Shown in pieces: positions 62,845 through 64,000 of a stretch of DNA of 64,000 nt. The stretch is from Raja brachyura (lineage: Eukaryota): positions 26,598,001-26,662,000 of the forward strand of contig OY740810.1 of the NCBI GenBank assembly GCA_963514005.1, written 5' to 3'. The position numbers were made by a program, and so were the translations under genes. Below the pieces are notes generated by a model. The model was given only the letters and a program-made list of their open reading frames with translations, had not been told where the DNA came from and searched no databases. Position 1 is the stretch's first letter, and the number at the start of each line of letters is the position of its first letter.

Positions 62845-63740
62845 AAAAATATAGCACAAGAACAGGCCCTTTGGCCCACAATGTCTGTGCCGATCATGAT
62901 GCCAAGATAAACTAATCTCACATGATCCATATCCATCCATTTCCTGCATATCCATGTGCCTATCTAGAACCCCCTTAAACACCACAATCGTATCCAATCT
63001 TTTATTCTCTTCACATTTCCATCCTCTCTCCCCAGTTTCAACAACTCACCTACATGCCAGGGAAAATTTACAGTGGCTGATTAACCTACTAACCCACATG
63101 TCTTTGGGATGTGGGAGGAAACCAGAGCATCTGAGGGAATCCTACGTAGCCACAGAGAGGATGTGCACATTCCCGACAGGCAGTCCTGAAGATCAGGGTT
63201 GAACCTGGGTTGTAGGACCTGTGAAGTATTAGCTTTAATTGCTGCATCACGGTGTAATCGCAGGGTCTGCAAAGTAATGTTTATAACATGTTTATCACTC
63301 CAATTACTGCCACCAAATATCCTAAAGGACAGGGTTTGAGAAATAGCGCAGAGCCAGGAGATTTTAAACCTTCCTCTCTTCTGCCAACCTACCTTTATTT
63401 AGCTTTGACCCTCGGCAATGAGTTGGCTGTTTATTCAAGAGTCATGAGTGTTTAATGGTTATATGTACCTGTAACGGAACTATGACATTCTTACTTGCTA
63501 CAGCTTTATAGACCAATTAATGCAAAACACACAAATAGTCAGTGGTTCGCTCAAAACAAAAATCTATAGTAGATCATAGTAGCTGAGGTAGTGTTAGTGC
63601 AGGGTTAGTGCAGGGTTCGAGAACCTGATGGTTGTGGGAAGAAGCAACCATCTGAGGAAGCTGTTCTTGAACCTGGTGGTCATGTTTTTCAAGCTCCTGT
63701 ACCTTCTTCCCGATGGCAATAGTGATTGAGAGTGTGGCCA
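62845..63740 (-). mobile_element. CR1 tail (62845-63000), V-SINE (63050-63250) and Rex fragment (63435-63740)
   Basis: Motifs as in other copies. Confidence 0.7.
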
Positions 63741-64000
63741 GGTAGCACAAATGAGACGGATCCGATCCTTGGCCCAGATGATGTTTTGACATATCGCAGC
63801 TAGAGATATCTAATAGCAGGAGTCAAGGATATCAGATGGTCAAGAGCAGGATGCTTTGCTCCTATTCGCCTTCAGAGCTGTGAATATGACCAACTCTTGC
63901 TGATCGCGGCTAAATAACATTGAGATTGAACCTGGGACTTTCCTGTGCTGTGAAACACGGTCTCACTATTGCTGATATTTTCTTCTCTTATACCATGTAG

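Overview
This is repeat-dense vertebrate non-coding DNA, most likely from a cartilaginous fish (skate, ray or shark). That is an inference from HE1/V-SINE-like tRNA SINEs sharing a 3' tail with CR1 LINEs. I cannot support any host protein-coding gene: the recognisable ORFs are fragments of CR1, Rex1/Babar, L1 or Penelope retroelements, or artefacts of repeats. The window holds about 19 V-SINE copies, many CR1 and Rex1 3' fragments, two L1 3' ends with target-site duplications (TSDs), and Penelope-like elements with GIY-YIG remnants. It also has many hammerhead-ribozyme-like terminal repeats, two PIF/Harbinger-type MITE families and one assembly gap. The most notable structure is a head-to-tail pair of non-autonomous Helitron-like elements (about 27357-30085). 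They share a GC/TATA module and a hairpin+CTAG 3' end but carry two unrelated minisatellites (33 bp and 48 bp) in the same slot. Several local inverted or direct duplications of host DNA are also present. Coordinates were read by eye: TSD, TIR and hairpin positions are close to exact, while ends of degraded repeats are approximate (tens of bp). Family names come from motif recognition, not from database searches.
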